From: a virus
Taxonomy: Duplodnaviria > Caudoviricetes
Virus record (IMG/VR): IMGVR_UViG_3300024420_000006
Span: 1-40,432 of that record
Direction: 5' to 3' (one strand)
DNA length: 40,432 bases
Shown here: in pieces, positions 9,741 through 19,710 of the stretch
Numbering within the stretch: the first letter of the stretch is position 1
How the letters are laid out: every line of letters begins with the position of its first letter
Notes under the pieces: generated by a model
The model's input: only the letters and a program-made list of their open reading frames with translations
Database searches by the model: none
Told to the model about the DNA's origin: nothing
Made by a program: the position numbers and the translations under genes

Positions 9741-10815
9741 AGTTAGGTGATAATGTTCTTTTGTATAGTTCTTGCACAGATGTCTTTAATCTGTCCTTTA
9801 AATCTTCTTCATATTCCAAAGAATTAATATATTCGGCAGCAATATTCATTAGGTTAAGCTCTCCGTTAAAATCAGACATTTCCCCATCTTCTCTATCATA
9901 AGGATTTTCCTCATCATAAATTCTTGGCTCTAATTTTCTGGCAACACCGTCAAGATAATCCATAAACATATTAATGTTATACTTTCCTAATACATTTGAA
10001 GGTATAAAAACATCTACAAAATTATCCTTAATTTCATTCTTTATATCATCCATACGCATCTCCAAGATATCATTAATATAATACCTTATAAATTCTGGAC
10101 TCCTTTTATTCATAAAGAATTGGTGCTTTCCAGTTTCTAAATCTAATAAGTATATACCTTTTTGATTACCTCTATCAGATCTAGTCATTTGATAAGGATT
10201 ACCTACCAAAACAAAATTCTGTTTATCTTGCCTATAGTGAATATGACCAGAGTATACTCTTTTAAATCTTTTAAAGATACCTACTTCATTACCACCTTCA
10301 TGTAAATGTTTTGTACTTGGACTAGTCTGAACACCTCTCGTTTCAGTATGACAAAACATATAATCAATTTTTTCCTTTATTGAATCTAATGTTTCCTTTT
10401 CATGTTTATGATCTCTTCTCCAAGGCATCAGTAAACATTTAGTATCTCCGTATTGTAAAATCTTAGGTTCTTTATGCACCGTAACATTAGGAATATATTT
10501 TAAACAATCAACAGATGCAATTTCATTTGAATTCTTTCTCATTATATCATGATTACCTACAATGATATGTACATCTGGAAATATCTTTCCTAATTCTTCA
10601 AATACTCTGATTGCCAAATCCTGTGCAGCTAAATTAACACTTTGTCTATTATCGAATACATCTCCTAAGTGATAAAGAACATCACCTTTCTTATATTCTT
10701 TTTTAACCAAAGGTATAAAAAAGTTAAAGAAATAATCTTCAATAATATTAAGCCACAAAACAGAATTTGATCTACAACCTAAGTGTGAATCACTAACCAT
10801 CCAAACTCTTGCCAT
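9730..10815 (-). CDS. Recombination nuclease (T4 gp47 / SbcD / Mre11-like)
   Basis: Metallophosphoesterase motifs SDSHLG, LGDVFD, GNHD and SGHIH; coupled to the gp46-like gene. Confidence 0.95.
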   Translation of the reverse strand: MARVWMVSDSHLGCRSNSVLWLNIIEDYFFNFFIPLVKKEYKKGDVLYHLGDVFDNRQSVNLAAQDLAIRVFEELGKIFPDVHIIVGNHDIMRKNSNEIASVDCLKYIPNVTVHKEPKILQYGDTKCLLMPWRRDHKHEKETLDSIKEKIDYMFCHTETRGVQTSPSTKHLHEGGNEVGIFKRFKRVYSGHIHYRQDKQNFVLVGNPYQMTRSDRGNQKGIYLLDLETGKHQFFMNKRSPEFIRYYINDILEMRMDDIKNEIKDNFVDVFIPSNVLGKYNINMFMDYLDGVARKLEPRIYDEENPYDREDGEMSDFNGELNLMNIAAEYINSLEYEEDLKDRLKTSVQELYKRTLSPNYED

Positions 10816-10816
10816 A

Positions 10817-11314
10817 TTAAAATAATTTTCGGATTTTTCTTTTCTCTAGGATATTATACTTATCATCTAATTCTTTAATAAGTTCATCCTTAAATTTGTT
10901 AGAAAGCGAATTATAAAATTTATTTGGAAATACATCAAAGTAATCTGATATAACACTAAATAAATCTACTCTTGTATAGCCTTCACCTAAATGTTCAATA
11001 ATAAAAGAATATACTCGATTTATTTGTACTTTATTTAATTTCTTAATAACACCTTCTGGTGTTGCTTCGTTTAAATGCTCATATTCACTCCCTTTAATAA
11101 TCTTATCAATTTTCTTAATAAGTAAATCATAATGCATCTTATCATCAGGATCCATACTGTCCCCATAAGTTGCGGCAACAGTAAAGTTTACTTTATTTTC
11201 AGTTATGTCTTGATCACCATAAGTGTTATTAAAAATTTTATCTTTATCTGCTAAAGACTTCTGAATAGGTTTGCCATTCTCATCTAATTTTGGTTTTTTC
11301 TTTTTACCCCACAT
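10817..11314 (-). CDS. Hypothetical protein
   Basis: 165-aa ORF tightly packed between helicase and gp47, with an A-rich leader. Confidence 0.7.
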   Translation of the reverse strand: MWGKKKKPKLDENGKPIQKSLADKDKIFNNTYGDQDITENKVNFTVAATYGDSMDPDDKMHYDLLIKKIDKIIKGSEYEHLNEATPEGVIKKLNKVQINRVYSFIIEHLGEGYTRVDLFSVISDYFDVFPNKFYNSLSNKFKDELIKELDDKYNILEKRKIRKLF

Positions 11315-11323
11315 ATTTTTATT

Positions 11324-12607
11324 TTAATTTATATCATCAGTTTCAGTTAACCTCATGTGCTCGTAATCAATATTGAACCTACACCTGGTACCTTTACCTT
11401 GACCATCTCTAATTTTTAATACCTTTAACCAATACTCACGATTTGCATGCATCATAGAATCTTGGATAAGAGCATACATAACATCTGCTGTATGCGCAAG
11501 ACCTGCAGATTCTGCAATGTTTTCCATTCTTACTTCAGTGGCATCCCATGCACCTCTATTAATTTGAGTTGCAGAAATAACCAACATATCTCTCTTAACC
11601 GCTAAGGCACGAAGATCCTCAGCAATTTGTTTAATTTTCATATAAGTATTTTCTGTATTAGGATTTCTATAATTTGCAAGAATGTTAATATAATCAACAA
11701 CTAATACATTTACTTTATGATCTTGTGCTTCTTCTAAATCCTTTAGGTAAGCTTCTATATCTAAAACTGTACCTTGTGAAGTTGGCATTTCTTTTACAAA
11801 AAGTTTACCTGGTGGTAATAAACCTCGAGATATTTTTTCAAGGCGTCTTTTCATATAATCTCTATTACCAGTCTTCTCATCATATTGTGGCATTGGTATA
11901 CCTAATAGATTTGATCCTATCCTTTTTATTACCTTTTGTGCCGACATTTCTGCCGATATGAAAACTACATTATGACCCATTCTAACAAAATTAGCAGCAT
12001 CATTTGCCAACCAAATAGATTTACCAATGTTCTGTTCACCTGCATAAACGATAAGAGATTTAGTATCATAACCACCACCTGAAACATTATCAACGAATGT
12101 CCATCCTGTTTCAATTTTTTTAGAAGTTCTTTGGATATGATCCTCAGGGTTAAAGAAGTCTAAACCTACATCGGTATCAAAATTTAAAGATCCGTCAGTA
12201 GAGATCATACCGATTGCACGAGTTACAACATCTTCAACATTTTCAGGTGATACATCTTGTGTCTTAACATATTCAATAGTTCTTACTAACTGTTTATCAA
12301 AATGTTTCCACTTAACCCAGGATTCACCGGTTCTCTTTAACCAATCCTGATCATATTCATTAATATTAATATCATATATGCTAGATACAATATCATCTGG
12401 TATTTCATTTGGATCATCTTTTATTAAGGCCTTCATTTGTTCTCTTGAAGGACTTTCACCAAAATCAACATAAAACTTTTTTGATAATTTTGCTATATGA
12501 TCTAAATCATTATTGGAAAAGAAGCCTGGACCAGTACTTTTTAAATAATGTGGCTTTTTAAGAAAGTAATTAAAAAATATTTTTTCGTGATCTGTACTGG
12601 AATTCAT
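11324..12607 (-). CDS. Replicative helicase (T4 gp41 / DnaB family)
   Basis: Walker A GEQNIGKS, ISAEMS, VVDYINI, SATQINR, AESAGL and KIRDG. Confidence 0.95.
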   Translation of the reverse strand: MNSSTDHEKIFFNYFLKKPHYLKSTGPGFFSNNDLDHIAKLSKKFYVDFGESPSREQMKALIKDDPNEIPDDIVSSIYDININEYDQDWLKRTGESWVKWKHFDKQLVRTIEYVKTQDVSPENVEDVVTRAIGMISTDGSLNFDTDVGLDFFNPEDHIQRTSKKIETGWTFVDNVSGGGYDTKSLIVYAGEQNIGKSIWLANDAANFVRMGHNVVFISAEMSAQKVIKRIGSNLLGIPMPQYDEKTGNRDYMKRRLEKISRGLLPPGKLFVKEMPTSQGTVLDIEAYLKDLEEAQDHKVNVLVVDYINILANYRNPNTENTYMKIKQIAEDLRALAVKRDMLVISATQINRGAWDATEVRMENIAESAGLAHTADVMYALIQDSMMHANREYWLKVLKIRDGQGKGTRCRFNIDYEHMRLTETDDIN

Positions 12608-12618
12608 CTTTGTTTATT

Positions 12619-12647
12619 TTTATATAGTAAAAACTATACTTAGTTTA
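12619..12647 (-). promoter_or_regulatory. Putative middle promoter TAAAC-N18-TATAAA (helicase)
   Basis: Recurrent bipartite motif. Confidence 0.7.
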
Positions 12648-13482
12648 TGTATGTACTTAATTCATCTAAATAAGAAGATAGCGATTGTTTTCTAGTCTTA
12701 TCTTTATTGTAGTAAATTGAAGTAGTTTGATTATTTACTTTTTCTGCCAATATCATTTCACCATGATGTAACCATTCAGTAAATTGATTATACCCTAATT
12801 CTTGTAACGTAGTGAGTAATTTAGTTCTTAATTTAACAACAGTGTTATTATCCCAAGGCTCTTTACCTGGGTACCAGCTTTCAAATAGAATAGGAGGATT
12901 GTTACTTTTCTTAATAGTTTCCTTGGCACCTAAAATTACATTTTCTTCAAACCCTTCAACATCTATTTTAATAAAACCAACATCACCTATATTTAAACTA
13001 TCTATAGTTCTTACTTCTATCTCTTCGGTGTTTACTTCGTCTATTTGTACAGCATCCAAATCCAAAAATCCATCCAATCCCCCTTGGCCATCATATTTAC
13101 TCGTTCTCTTATAAAATGTTAAGATATTATTACTATCTCCTATTCCGAATCTATGAGTATTAACAGTGTCATGTAAATCCTTAACGGCAATGTTTGCACA
13201 AAGATAATTAAATGATTTAGAATTAGGTTCAAATGCATATGTCTCTTTAAAGAAAGGTGCTAAATTAAATGACCACATACCATGATGAGCACCGACATCC
13301 AAAAATATTTTACTCTTATTTGCAATATATTGAGAGTCTCCACATTTAATACTGTTAATCATACCAGCTTCGGCATTATATACATCGTTAGCATATAACC
13401 ATTTTGCATAGTTTCTATCACTTATGAAATACCCATTAGTATCTAATTCTACTATACTCTTTTTATAATTATAAAACCACAT
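12640..13482 (-). CDS. FkbM-family SAM-dependent methyltransferase
   Basis: FLDVGAHHG, YAFEPN and FIKIDVEGFE. Confidence 0.9.
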   Translation of the reverse strand: MWFYNYKKSIVELDTNGYFISDRNYAKWLYANDVYNAEAGMINSIKCGDSQYIANKSKIFLDVGAHHGMWSFNLAPFFKETYAFEPNSKSFNYLCANIAVKDLHDTVNTHRFGIGDSNNILTFYKRTSKYDGQGGLDGFLDLDAVQIDEVNTEEIEVRTIDSLNIGDVGFIKIDVEGFEENVILGAKETIKKSNNPPILFESWYPGKEPWDNNTVVKLRTKLLTTLQELGYNQFTEWLHHGEMILAEKVNNQTTSIYYNKDKTRKQSLSSYLDELSTYIN

Positions 13483-13501
13483 ATTATTTTATTACTTTAT
13501 T

Positions 13502-13801
13502 TTATTCATAAGGATTTACGACTACTTCATATGTAGTGTAAGCAGAATTAGATAATGATACTTTAATAATTTTATCATTTCTAAGTTGCATAATTATTGA
13601 ATTAGCCTTTTCATCAGAAAGACTATATTTTTTTTGTAAAGAAACATTAGTGAATTTGATCTCCTTTGCTACTTTACCACAATAATCACGTATTAGTTCA
13701 TATATGATATCCTCAGCGTCTGGATAGTTTGGTAATGTTGTATGATTTCCTAATACGTGCTTTACTTTAAGTTTCGCAGTATTAAGACTTTTCTTCAACA
13801 T
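13502..13801 (-). CDS. Hypothetical protein, possibly winged-helix-like
   Basis: 99-aa ORF overlapping the 3' end of uvsX; no firm motif. Confidence 0.55.
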   Translation of the reverse strand: MLKKSLNTAKLKVKHVLGNHTTLPNYPDAEDIIYELIRDYCGKVAKEIKFTNVSLQKKYSLSDEKANSIIMQLRNDKIIKVSLSNSAYTTYEVVVNPYE

Positions 13802-14978
13802 CGGCTTCTAACATTTCGGTTAAGTTTTCAACATCTATTTCTTCACCATATTTAAATTTATCGGCTACTATAGGCTCTAAAGATTTTAAGACATCTTCAG
13901 TTAAAACTTCGGGTGTAAATAATTGATTAAGTTCAACTGTATCATTAAGGTGCTTTACACAAATCTTTCTAGCGGTTGCTGCTGGTTGAAAATAAATAGT
14001 AACTTCTTTACCATCCTTTTCATATGTATGCTCTCTACACTCAGCCTTTCCTGGATCGGTTAATTTATTAAAAGCATTTGCATTTATAAACCTACCTCTT
14101 TCAACACCACAAGTATCCCAACTAATATATTCTTCTAAACCAATATAAGGATTCATACCTTTATTGAAAGAAATGTGGAATTTAATGTTAGTAGGTTTAG
14201 CAAATCTATTTTTATTTGGTTTTGCAGTTACAATGATTCCTGTTTGTTCTATACCTTCCTTAAGTTTTGCTTTACCTAAAAATAAGATAATAGAAGCAGC
14301 ATACTCAGGACCAGTACCACCACCCCCTACTTGCCTTGAAAATAGATCTTGTGTTTGGTAAGTATGATTTGTAAACAGGAAAGGTATTTTACAAATTCCA
14401 AATTGGGTCATAATAATTCGGAAGGTAGATTTAAGAAGTTTGGCTCTTGTCATATCAGCCTTACTGCTGCCTGTTTTAGCATCATCAATTTCTTTTTGAG
14501 TTGCCAAGTTACCTGCAGAATCTAACACTACCATAATTTTAGGTAAAGCAATACCTTTTGACTTTTGTTCAATTAGTACATCGGTAATTGCAGTTACCGA
14601 GGTTCTAAATTCTTGTACGGTATTACATGGCTCATATCTGAATTTCTTTGGATCAATTCCAAATTTTTCTACTAATCTTTTATCTACAGCATTTTCAGAA
14701 TCATAAAATACAATACTATACCCTTGCTGCTGTGCCTGTTTGATTGCATTAAGGATAAGATAAGTTTTACCCGTACCAGAAGGTCCGGCTAATGCAACTG
14801 CCCTATTATTAGGATATCCACCAAACAGAGAACCTGTTAAGCATGCATTAAGATGAAAGTTACCTGTTGGTATATAATGATCAATTTCTGAAATTGTAGA
14901 TTTATCTAACGTTTCTCCATACGTGGAGTGTTTTGACATTTCCTTGTTTAAATCTGCGAATGAAAATTCTTTTGCCAT
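13782..14978 (-). CDS. uvsX: RecA-like recombinase (UvsX)
   Basis: Walker A GPSGTGKT, YDSENA, VLDSAGNL, NHTY and GGGTGPEYAAS match T4 UvsX. Confidence 0.92.
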   Translation of the reverse strand: MAKEFSFADLNKEMSKHSTYGETLDKSTISEIDHYIPTGNFHLNACLTGSLFGGYPNNRAVALAGPSGTGKTYLILNAIKQAQQQGYSIVFYDSENAVDKRLVEKFGIDPKKFRYEPCNTVQEFRTSVTAITDVLIEQKSKGIALPKIMVVLDSAGNLATQKEIDDAKTGSSKADMTRAKLLKSTFRIIMTQFGICKIPFLFTNHTYQTQDLFSRQVGGGGTGPEYAASIILFLGKAKLKEGIEQTGIIVTAKPNKNRFAKPTNIKFHISFNKGMNPYIGLEEYISWDTCGVERGRFINANAFNKLTDPGKAECREHTYEKDGKEVTIYFQPAATARKICVKHLNDTVELNQLFTPEVLTEDVLKSLEPIVADKFKYGEEIDVENLTEMLEADVEEKS

Positions 14979-14997
14979 ATTAAGTTTTTATTTTATT

Positions 14998-15025
14998 ATT
15001 ATATAGAAAAAATAAGATTTGTTTA
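14998..15025 (-). promoter_or_regulatory. Putative middle promoter TAAAC-N17-TATAAT (uvsX)
   Basis: Recurrent bipartite motif. Confidence 0.7.
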
Positions 15026-16672
15026 GTCTATTAATTTATATTTCTTGGATTCTTTTTGTAGCCAATTATCTAATCCTATCTCAAATCTATTTGGTTGCCT
15101 ATGAGATCTTGTTTGGTATTCATGTAAGACTGCCAATTTTTCTTTAATTTTACCGTATGAACCTCCCCAAAGATCTTTAAGTAATTCAAAATCATATTGA
15201 GCTCCTTCTGCCTTTTGAAACTTTCCAATATCTAACGGTCCTCTACTTACACTCCTTAGTGCAAGAGAACATACAAAATATGCTTCATGATAATCACCTC
15301 TCCATGAATAGAAATTTGATAACTTTAAGTAACCTTCTGGTCTAGTAGGATCTGCATCAATTAATCTATGCCACATTCGCCGCTCACAAATATCCCTTCC
15401 TCCTTTCGCTGCAACACAACTACTTACCATAAAATATGCATTATACTGTTCATCTTTATCTTTAGTATATTCACACGCTCTTAAATATAATCCTAACGCA
15501 GAAGCATATTGATTTTCCTGATAATAGGTCTCTGCTAAATTAAAAGCATTTTTACTATCAAATGGATTATTTATAAAATCATATAACTCCTTTCTTTTTG
15601 AGTAAGTATATTTTTTAATAGGCTGAGGTTTATTATCACTGAACCCAATAATATATTCCATTACATCTGGTGGCATTTGTAGAATAAATTGAGTATTATC
15701 CTGAAAACCGAAAGGAATTAAAAACTTTTCACCATCAAATGCCATACCGCATGTAAATTCTATCCTAGCGGTCATAAAATCAAACTCTGGGCTAATGTGT
15801 TTAATATTCCAATCTTTATCCCACATTACGATCCTATGATAATATATAGAATCTTTTCTATCCTCAGGGGTAAACCATAAATCTACTTCATGAATAATAG
15901 CAATCCAATGATCTTTATACTTAATGACATTGGACGAACCTCTCATATCTCTTTTTGTTTTGATGTGAGGTTGTTCTACAAGTTTTATTTGTTCAGACGT
16001 ACCTTCTATGGGATCAATTTTAACTATCTCAGTAGGATTTGCCCACTTTACATAGTGATAAGGCATATCATTTATAGGCATCCAATTTTTTTCACAGTAA
16101 GATCCACCATCTGCATGTGTACGTGGGTCTGGTGGTGATACTCTAACGCGTTCTAATTCTTCATAATTAGTATTTCCTACTTTTGATATAGTAGATAATT
16201 CCATCCTACCTTCACCATTAGTAGTAGTATCTCGTCTTACTCCTGATTGTGTTAATACATTATCCCAATTCTGTAACCTTGCATCTTCTAATCCTATAAA
16301 AGTCCATAAAGGTTTTTTATCAAGTAAATCTGTATTTACCTTACCCCAATCAGATACTTCGTAATCTTCATTCAATTCACAAATATAATTAGTAGTCCTT
16401 AGAACTACATCATCTTCCGGGTTAAGATAAGTCAAAGGCCCCCATGGAGCAGGAAAATTCTGCAAGTTTTCACTGTGGTATAAAAGATAACCTACTCTTC
16501 TTAAATTTAGCATCCATTTATCATTATGCCATAAAATAGAAGAATTGGTTAAACCATCACCTTTAGTTTCTGAAAACGGAATTTTAATTTGAGATATATC
16601 TCCACCATGATCTAATGTAAATTTACATAAGTTTGATAAATCTTTTCTATTTATAACGTCCGGGTTTTTCAT
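15023..16672 (-). CDS. Five-bladed beta-propeller glycoside hydrolase/phosphorylase-like domain plus TPR repeats
   Basis: NSSI, GLEDARL, CEKNWMP, RGSS and IEFTCG (GH130/GH43-clan-like); C-terminal helical TPRs (AFNLAETYY..., DPTRPEGY). Confidence 0.65.
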   Translation of the reverse strand: MKNPDVINRKDLSNLCKFTLDHGGDISQIKIPFSETKGDGLTNSSILWHNDKWMLNLRRVGYLLYHSENLQNFPAPWGPLTYLNPEDDVVLRTTNYICELNEDYEVSDWGKVNTDLLDKKPLWTFIGLEDARLQNWDNVLTQSGVRRDTTTNGEGRMELSTISKVGNTNYEELERVRVSPPDPRTHADGGSYCEKNWMPINDMPYHYVKWANPTEIVKIDPIEGTSEQIKLVEQPHIKTKRDMRGSSNVIKYKDHWIAIIHEVDLWFTPEDRKDSIYYHRIVMWDKDWNIKHISPEFDFMTARIEFTCGMAFDGEKFLIPFGFQDNTQFILQMPPDVMEYIIGFSDNKPQPIKKYTYSKRKELYDFINNPFDSKNAFNLAETYYQENQYASALGLYLRACEYTKDKDEQYNAYFMVSSCVAAKGGRDICERRMWHRLIDADPTRPEGYLKLSNFYSWRGDYHEAYFVCSLALRSVSRGPLDIGKFQKAEGAQYDFELLKDLWGGSYGKIKEKLAVLHEYQTRSHRQPNRFEIGLDNWLQKESKKYKLID

Positions 16673-16692
16673 AATTAATTTTTATTTTTAAT

Positions 16693-17811
16693 CTAAAATA
16701 GACTTGTTGTATAAATTAGATTTCTATTAAATCCTTTAAAGCCCATTGCAGTAACAACACGATTAATTGGATCAAGTATTGTTTTTTCAAATTGTCTATC
16801 ATAATCTATCTTAGGTGCAAATTCATAAGGATAATCACCAGGGGCATAAGCAAACACATCACATGATTTATCCATAGAAAAATACATTTTGCATTTTTCA
16901 CCATTACCCAATGGTTGATATTTACCTTTCTTACCTGAGTTATTTAAAAGATAATTATGATAACCAGCAGACCTTACGCCTATTGGGCATTTAGATGCAA
17001 TTTCAAACGCATCATAATCATTCACAATATACTTTTGATAATTATTTACTTTCCTAGAAAAACTAATTTGATCTACATTGGCTAATCTGAATTGCCTTTT
17101 AATATCTTTAAGTAATGCCGCAAACTTACCCATATCTAATTCATTAACAGAAAAGATATACGTTAATAATTCTTTAAGTTTTTCTCTGGCAAAAATAGGA
17201 GTTGACGATTGTATAATTTCAAAACCTTTTGAACTGATTTTTGAAAGATCATCATAGTGAATATTAGGATCTTTCCAAACAATATTTTGCATATACTTTT
17301 TCTTGGCTAACCATATTGCATTTTTAGCAATACTCTCCAACTCAAATGATAAAAAGTTTTCTGCATTGTTATCATCAGCATATTTTTGAAGAATCTTTTC
17401 AATGTAATCATTTAATCTTACCTCATAAAGCTTAAGTATGAATTCTTTTTCATCACCTTGCCACCCTTCACTCTTTTTAATAACCTCATCAAATTTAACA
17501 TAAACTGAATCCGTATCAATATAAATACCTACAGGTTTTTCAATCTTACCTGTAACAGTTATACCCATTTCAGTATGAGCTGGTATATCTCTATGCCAAA
17601 ATTCTTTAAAATATTTGTTAATAAGTTGTTCAGTATATAAAATAGCATCCTTACCTTGGAGTGTAATGGTTTCTGCTATATCAACATTAAAGAAATAAAA
17701 ATAAGGATTACCGAATGCACCATAGATAGAGTTAAGCATTAACTTAACAGCCTGTTCATAATTATAATACTTAGATGCTTCTTCTTTTATGTTCTGTAAT
17801 TCCTCAGTCAT
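16693..17811 (-). CDS. Family B DNA polymerase, C-terminal half (second finger helix, palm, thumb)
   Basis: Motif B KLMLNSIYGAFGN, AETITLQG, motif C YIDTDSVY, KKKY and KGFEIIQSSTP. Confidence 0.93.
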   Translation of the reverse strand: MTEELQNIKEEASKYYNYEQAVKLMLNSIYGAFGNPYFYFFNVDIAETITLQGKDAILYTEQLINKYFKEFWHRDIPAHTEMGITVTGKIEKPVGIYIDTDSVYVKFDEVIKKSEGWQGDEKEFILKLYEVRLNDYIEKILQKYADDNNAENFLSFELESIAKNAIWLAKKKYMQNIVWKDPNIHYDDLSKISSKGFEIIQSSTPIFAREKLKELLTYIFSVNELDMGKFAALLKDIKRQFRLANVDQISFSRKVNNYQKYIVNDYDAFEIASKCPIGVRSAGYHNYLLNNSGKKGKYQPLGNGEKCKMYFSMDKSCDVFAYAPGDYPYEFAPKIDYDRQFEKTILDPINRVVTAMGFKGFNRNLIYTTSLF

Positions 17812-17818
17812 TTTTATT

Positions 17819-17846
17819 TTTATACGGTAAGATTAGAAAAGGTTTA
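17819..17846 (-). promoter_or_regulatory. Putative middle promoter TAAAC-N17-TATAAA (polymerase C-half)
   Basis: Recurrent bipartite motif. Confidence 0.65.
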
Positions 17847-17871
17847 AAGGGCACCGTTTCTGATGCCCTTT
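17846..17871 (-). terminator. Hairpin after the clamp gene, probable terminator
   Basis: AAAGGGCATC-AGAAAC-GGTGCCCTTT; the U-tract is short. Confidence 0.55.
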
Positions 17872-17890
17872 ATTATATTGGAGTGATTTA

Positions 17891-18640
17891 TTAATCCTCG
17901 TCAGTAATGGCAACAGCCACAGTAAGATGAGTGTTTGTATCTAATGATCTAAAAACCACTTTATTTTCACATACACTTACCTTGTAATTTTCTTTATCTA
18001 AAAGATTAATATATTTCTTATAAATTACAACCTTTGCTCCTTTTTCAACATTTGAATCATAAGAGTGACAAAGTGTAGCATCATAAGAAGTACCTTTAAT
18101 ATTAATTCCTTTTTCACCAATGTAAAGAGTAAAAATATCCTCATCTTTATCAAGGTTAAATAATGATTTCATTTTATCCACATGAGTAGTAAGTAAATCA
18201 AAATCAAACATTTTAGAATCAACACCAAATGCTCTATCTGTTTCTTCTTTGCTCATTTCCATAAATGATAATGATGGATCTGTACATGCCAAATTAATCT
18301 GAAGATCTTCATTTTCTAAAATAAAATCACTTGCCATTAATTCACCATCATATTCGGTATACTTAATTCTACCTTTTACATCACCATTAAAATGGCTTAA
18401 TGCGTCAATAACTTTAGTACCGTTATAAAAACTAACCTTTACCGGTTCTTTAATATCAGCATCAAAAATATCAGAAGTTGGTGTGTTAACCAATTTTACG
18501 GCATCTCTCTCAGGAAAATACACAGAAGATACCGTACCTTCTTTTGCGATTTTCATAAAGATGAATTTGTCAATTGGAAGTAATTTGCGAACGAATGAAC
18601 TTAATTCATAACCGTCAATTTTGTTAATAGTTGTTTCCAT
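17891..18640 (-). CDS. Probable sliding clamp (T4 gp45-like)
   Basis: 249 aa, acidic, with two-domain beta/alpha periodicity and a clamp-like C-terminus (YKVSVCENKVVFRS...VAVA); adjacent to the polymerase. No diagnostic motif. Confidence 0.55.
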   Translation of the reverse strand: METTINKIDGYELSSFVRKLLPIDKFIFMKIAKEGTVSSVYFPERDAVKLVNTPTSDIFDADIKEPVKVSFYNGTKVIDALSHFNGDVKGRIKYTEYDGELMASDFILENEDLQINLACTDPSLSFMEMSKEETDRAFGVDSKMFDFDLLTTHVDKMKSLFNLDKDEDIFTLYIGEKGINIKGTSYDATLCHSYDSNVEKGAKVVIYKKYINLLDKENYKVSVCENKVVFRSLDTNTHLTVAVAITDED

Positions 18641-18661
18641 TTAAAAATTTATTTGTTTATT

Positions 18662-18689
18662 ATTATATTGATTATTGTTACTTAGTTTA
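18662..18689 (-). promoter_or_regulatory. Putative middle promoter TAAAC-N17-TATAAT (clamp)
   Basis: Recurrent bipartite motif. Confidence 0.7.
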
Positions 18690-18691
18690 AG

Positions 18692-19708
18692 CTAGAATAC
18701 AGACTTAGTTTTTAATTCTTTCTTTAAAATAAATCCATTTTTCTGTATGCTTTTAAATGAAGGTGGAGACCAATTTTTATCATAAAGAATATTCTTAAGT
18801 TCATATTTAGCTTCATACTTAAAACCATATCTCCATTCTAACCCTGGTAAAAAATCATTTAACCATAAAGGCTTTTTTACACCTATTGCATAATGAATAA
18901 TAGATGGCACAACAACCTTAAGGTATTTGTCAGGTGGAGTACCAGCCTTCATCATCTTATCTCTATTTTGCATTAGCCTTAAGTCTTTACTATCAGTAAA
19001 TTTAACCTTTCTACCTTCGGCTAAATACCTATGAATGTTAAAATGATGGAATCTCTGTTCTACTGTCCAACTTGTATATCCTGTAAAATTGAAATATTGG
19101 TGATGGATGAATGGGTGCTTCATAAATCTTTCAAAGTAATATTCTAATTTAGGATCCTCGCCATATATGATATTACCGGCATTAATAGAAAGGCCATTCA
19201 TTTGCTCTAATGTAAAATCAGTTTCAAAGATTTCATTAAACGCATCCATTACATCATACTTATCTTTATTTCTAATGTAAAATAGATTTTCTTTTTTAAT
19301 ACCGAACTCTTCGTACTCATCCCACATGTAACTTAAGTCATTTAAGATAAATACATCATCATCAGATACTAATGTTCTCTTTACTCCAAATTTTTCTTTT
19401 AGGTATATAGGCATTAAGATTTTAAATAGACATCCATGACTTAATAAAAATTCTTTTGACTTACCTTCATAGCCATGTTTCTTAATATAGTAATCATAAA
19501 GATCATTAAGAATAATAATTTGAGCATTTTTAAATATATCTAAATCGTGCTCTTTAAAAATACCAGCAAGTTTATCTAAATCTATTTTAGTATCATCCAC
19601 AAATAGGTAAATATCAAACTTCTCCTTTATCCCTTTAGGATAATAACTACATAAGATATTTGTAAACTCTAGACTGGATACGCCTATTGCTAAAGCTTTA
19701 TCTTTCAT
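18692..19708 (-). CDS. GT-A fold glycosyltransferase-like protein (GT8-like)
   Basis: DxD motif LVSDDDVFIL, INAG, EQ, and C-terminal IIHY...KP; last gene of the modification operon. Confidence 0.65.
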   Translation of the reverse strand: MKDKALAIGVSSLEFTNILCSYYPKGIKEKFDIYLFVDDTKIDLDKLAGIFKEHDLDIFKNAQIIILNDLYDYYIKKHGYEGKSKEFLLSHGCLFKILMPIYLKEKFGVKRTLVSDDDVFILNDLSYMWDEYEEFGIKKENLFYIRNKDKYDVMDAFNEIFETDFTLEQMNGLSINAGNIIYGEDPKLEYYFERFMKHPFIHHQYFNFTGYTSWTVEQRFHHFNIHRYLAEGRKVKFTDSKDLRLMQNRDKMMKAGTPPDKYLKVVVPSIIHYAIGVKKPLWLNDFLPGLEWRYGFKYEAKYELKNILYDKNWSPPSFKSIQKNGFILKKELKTKSVF

Positions 19709-19710
19709 AA

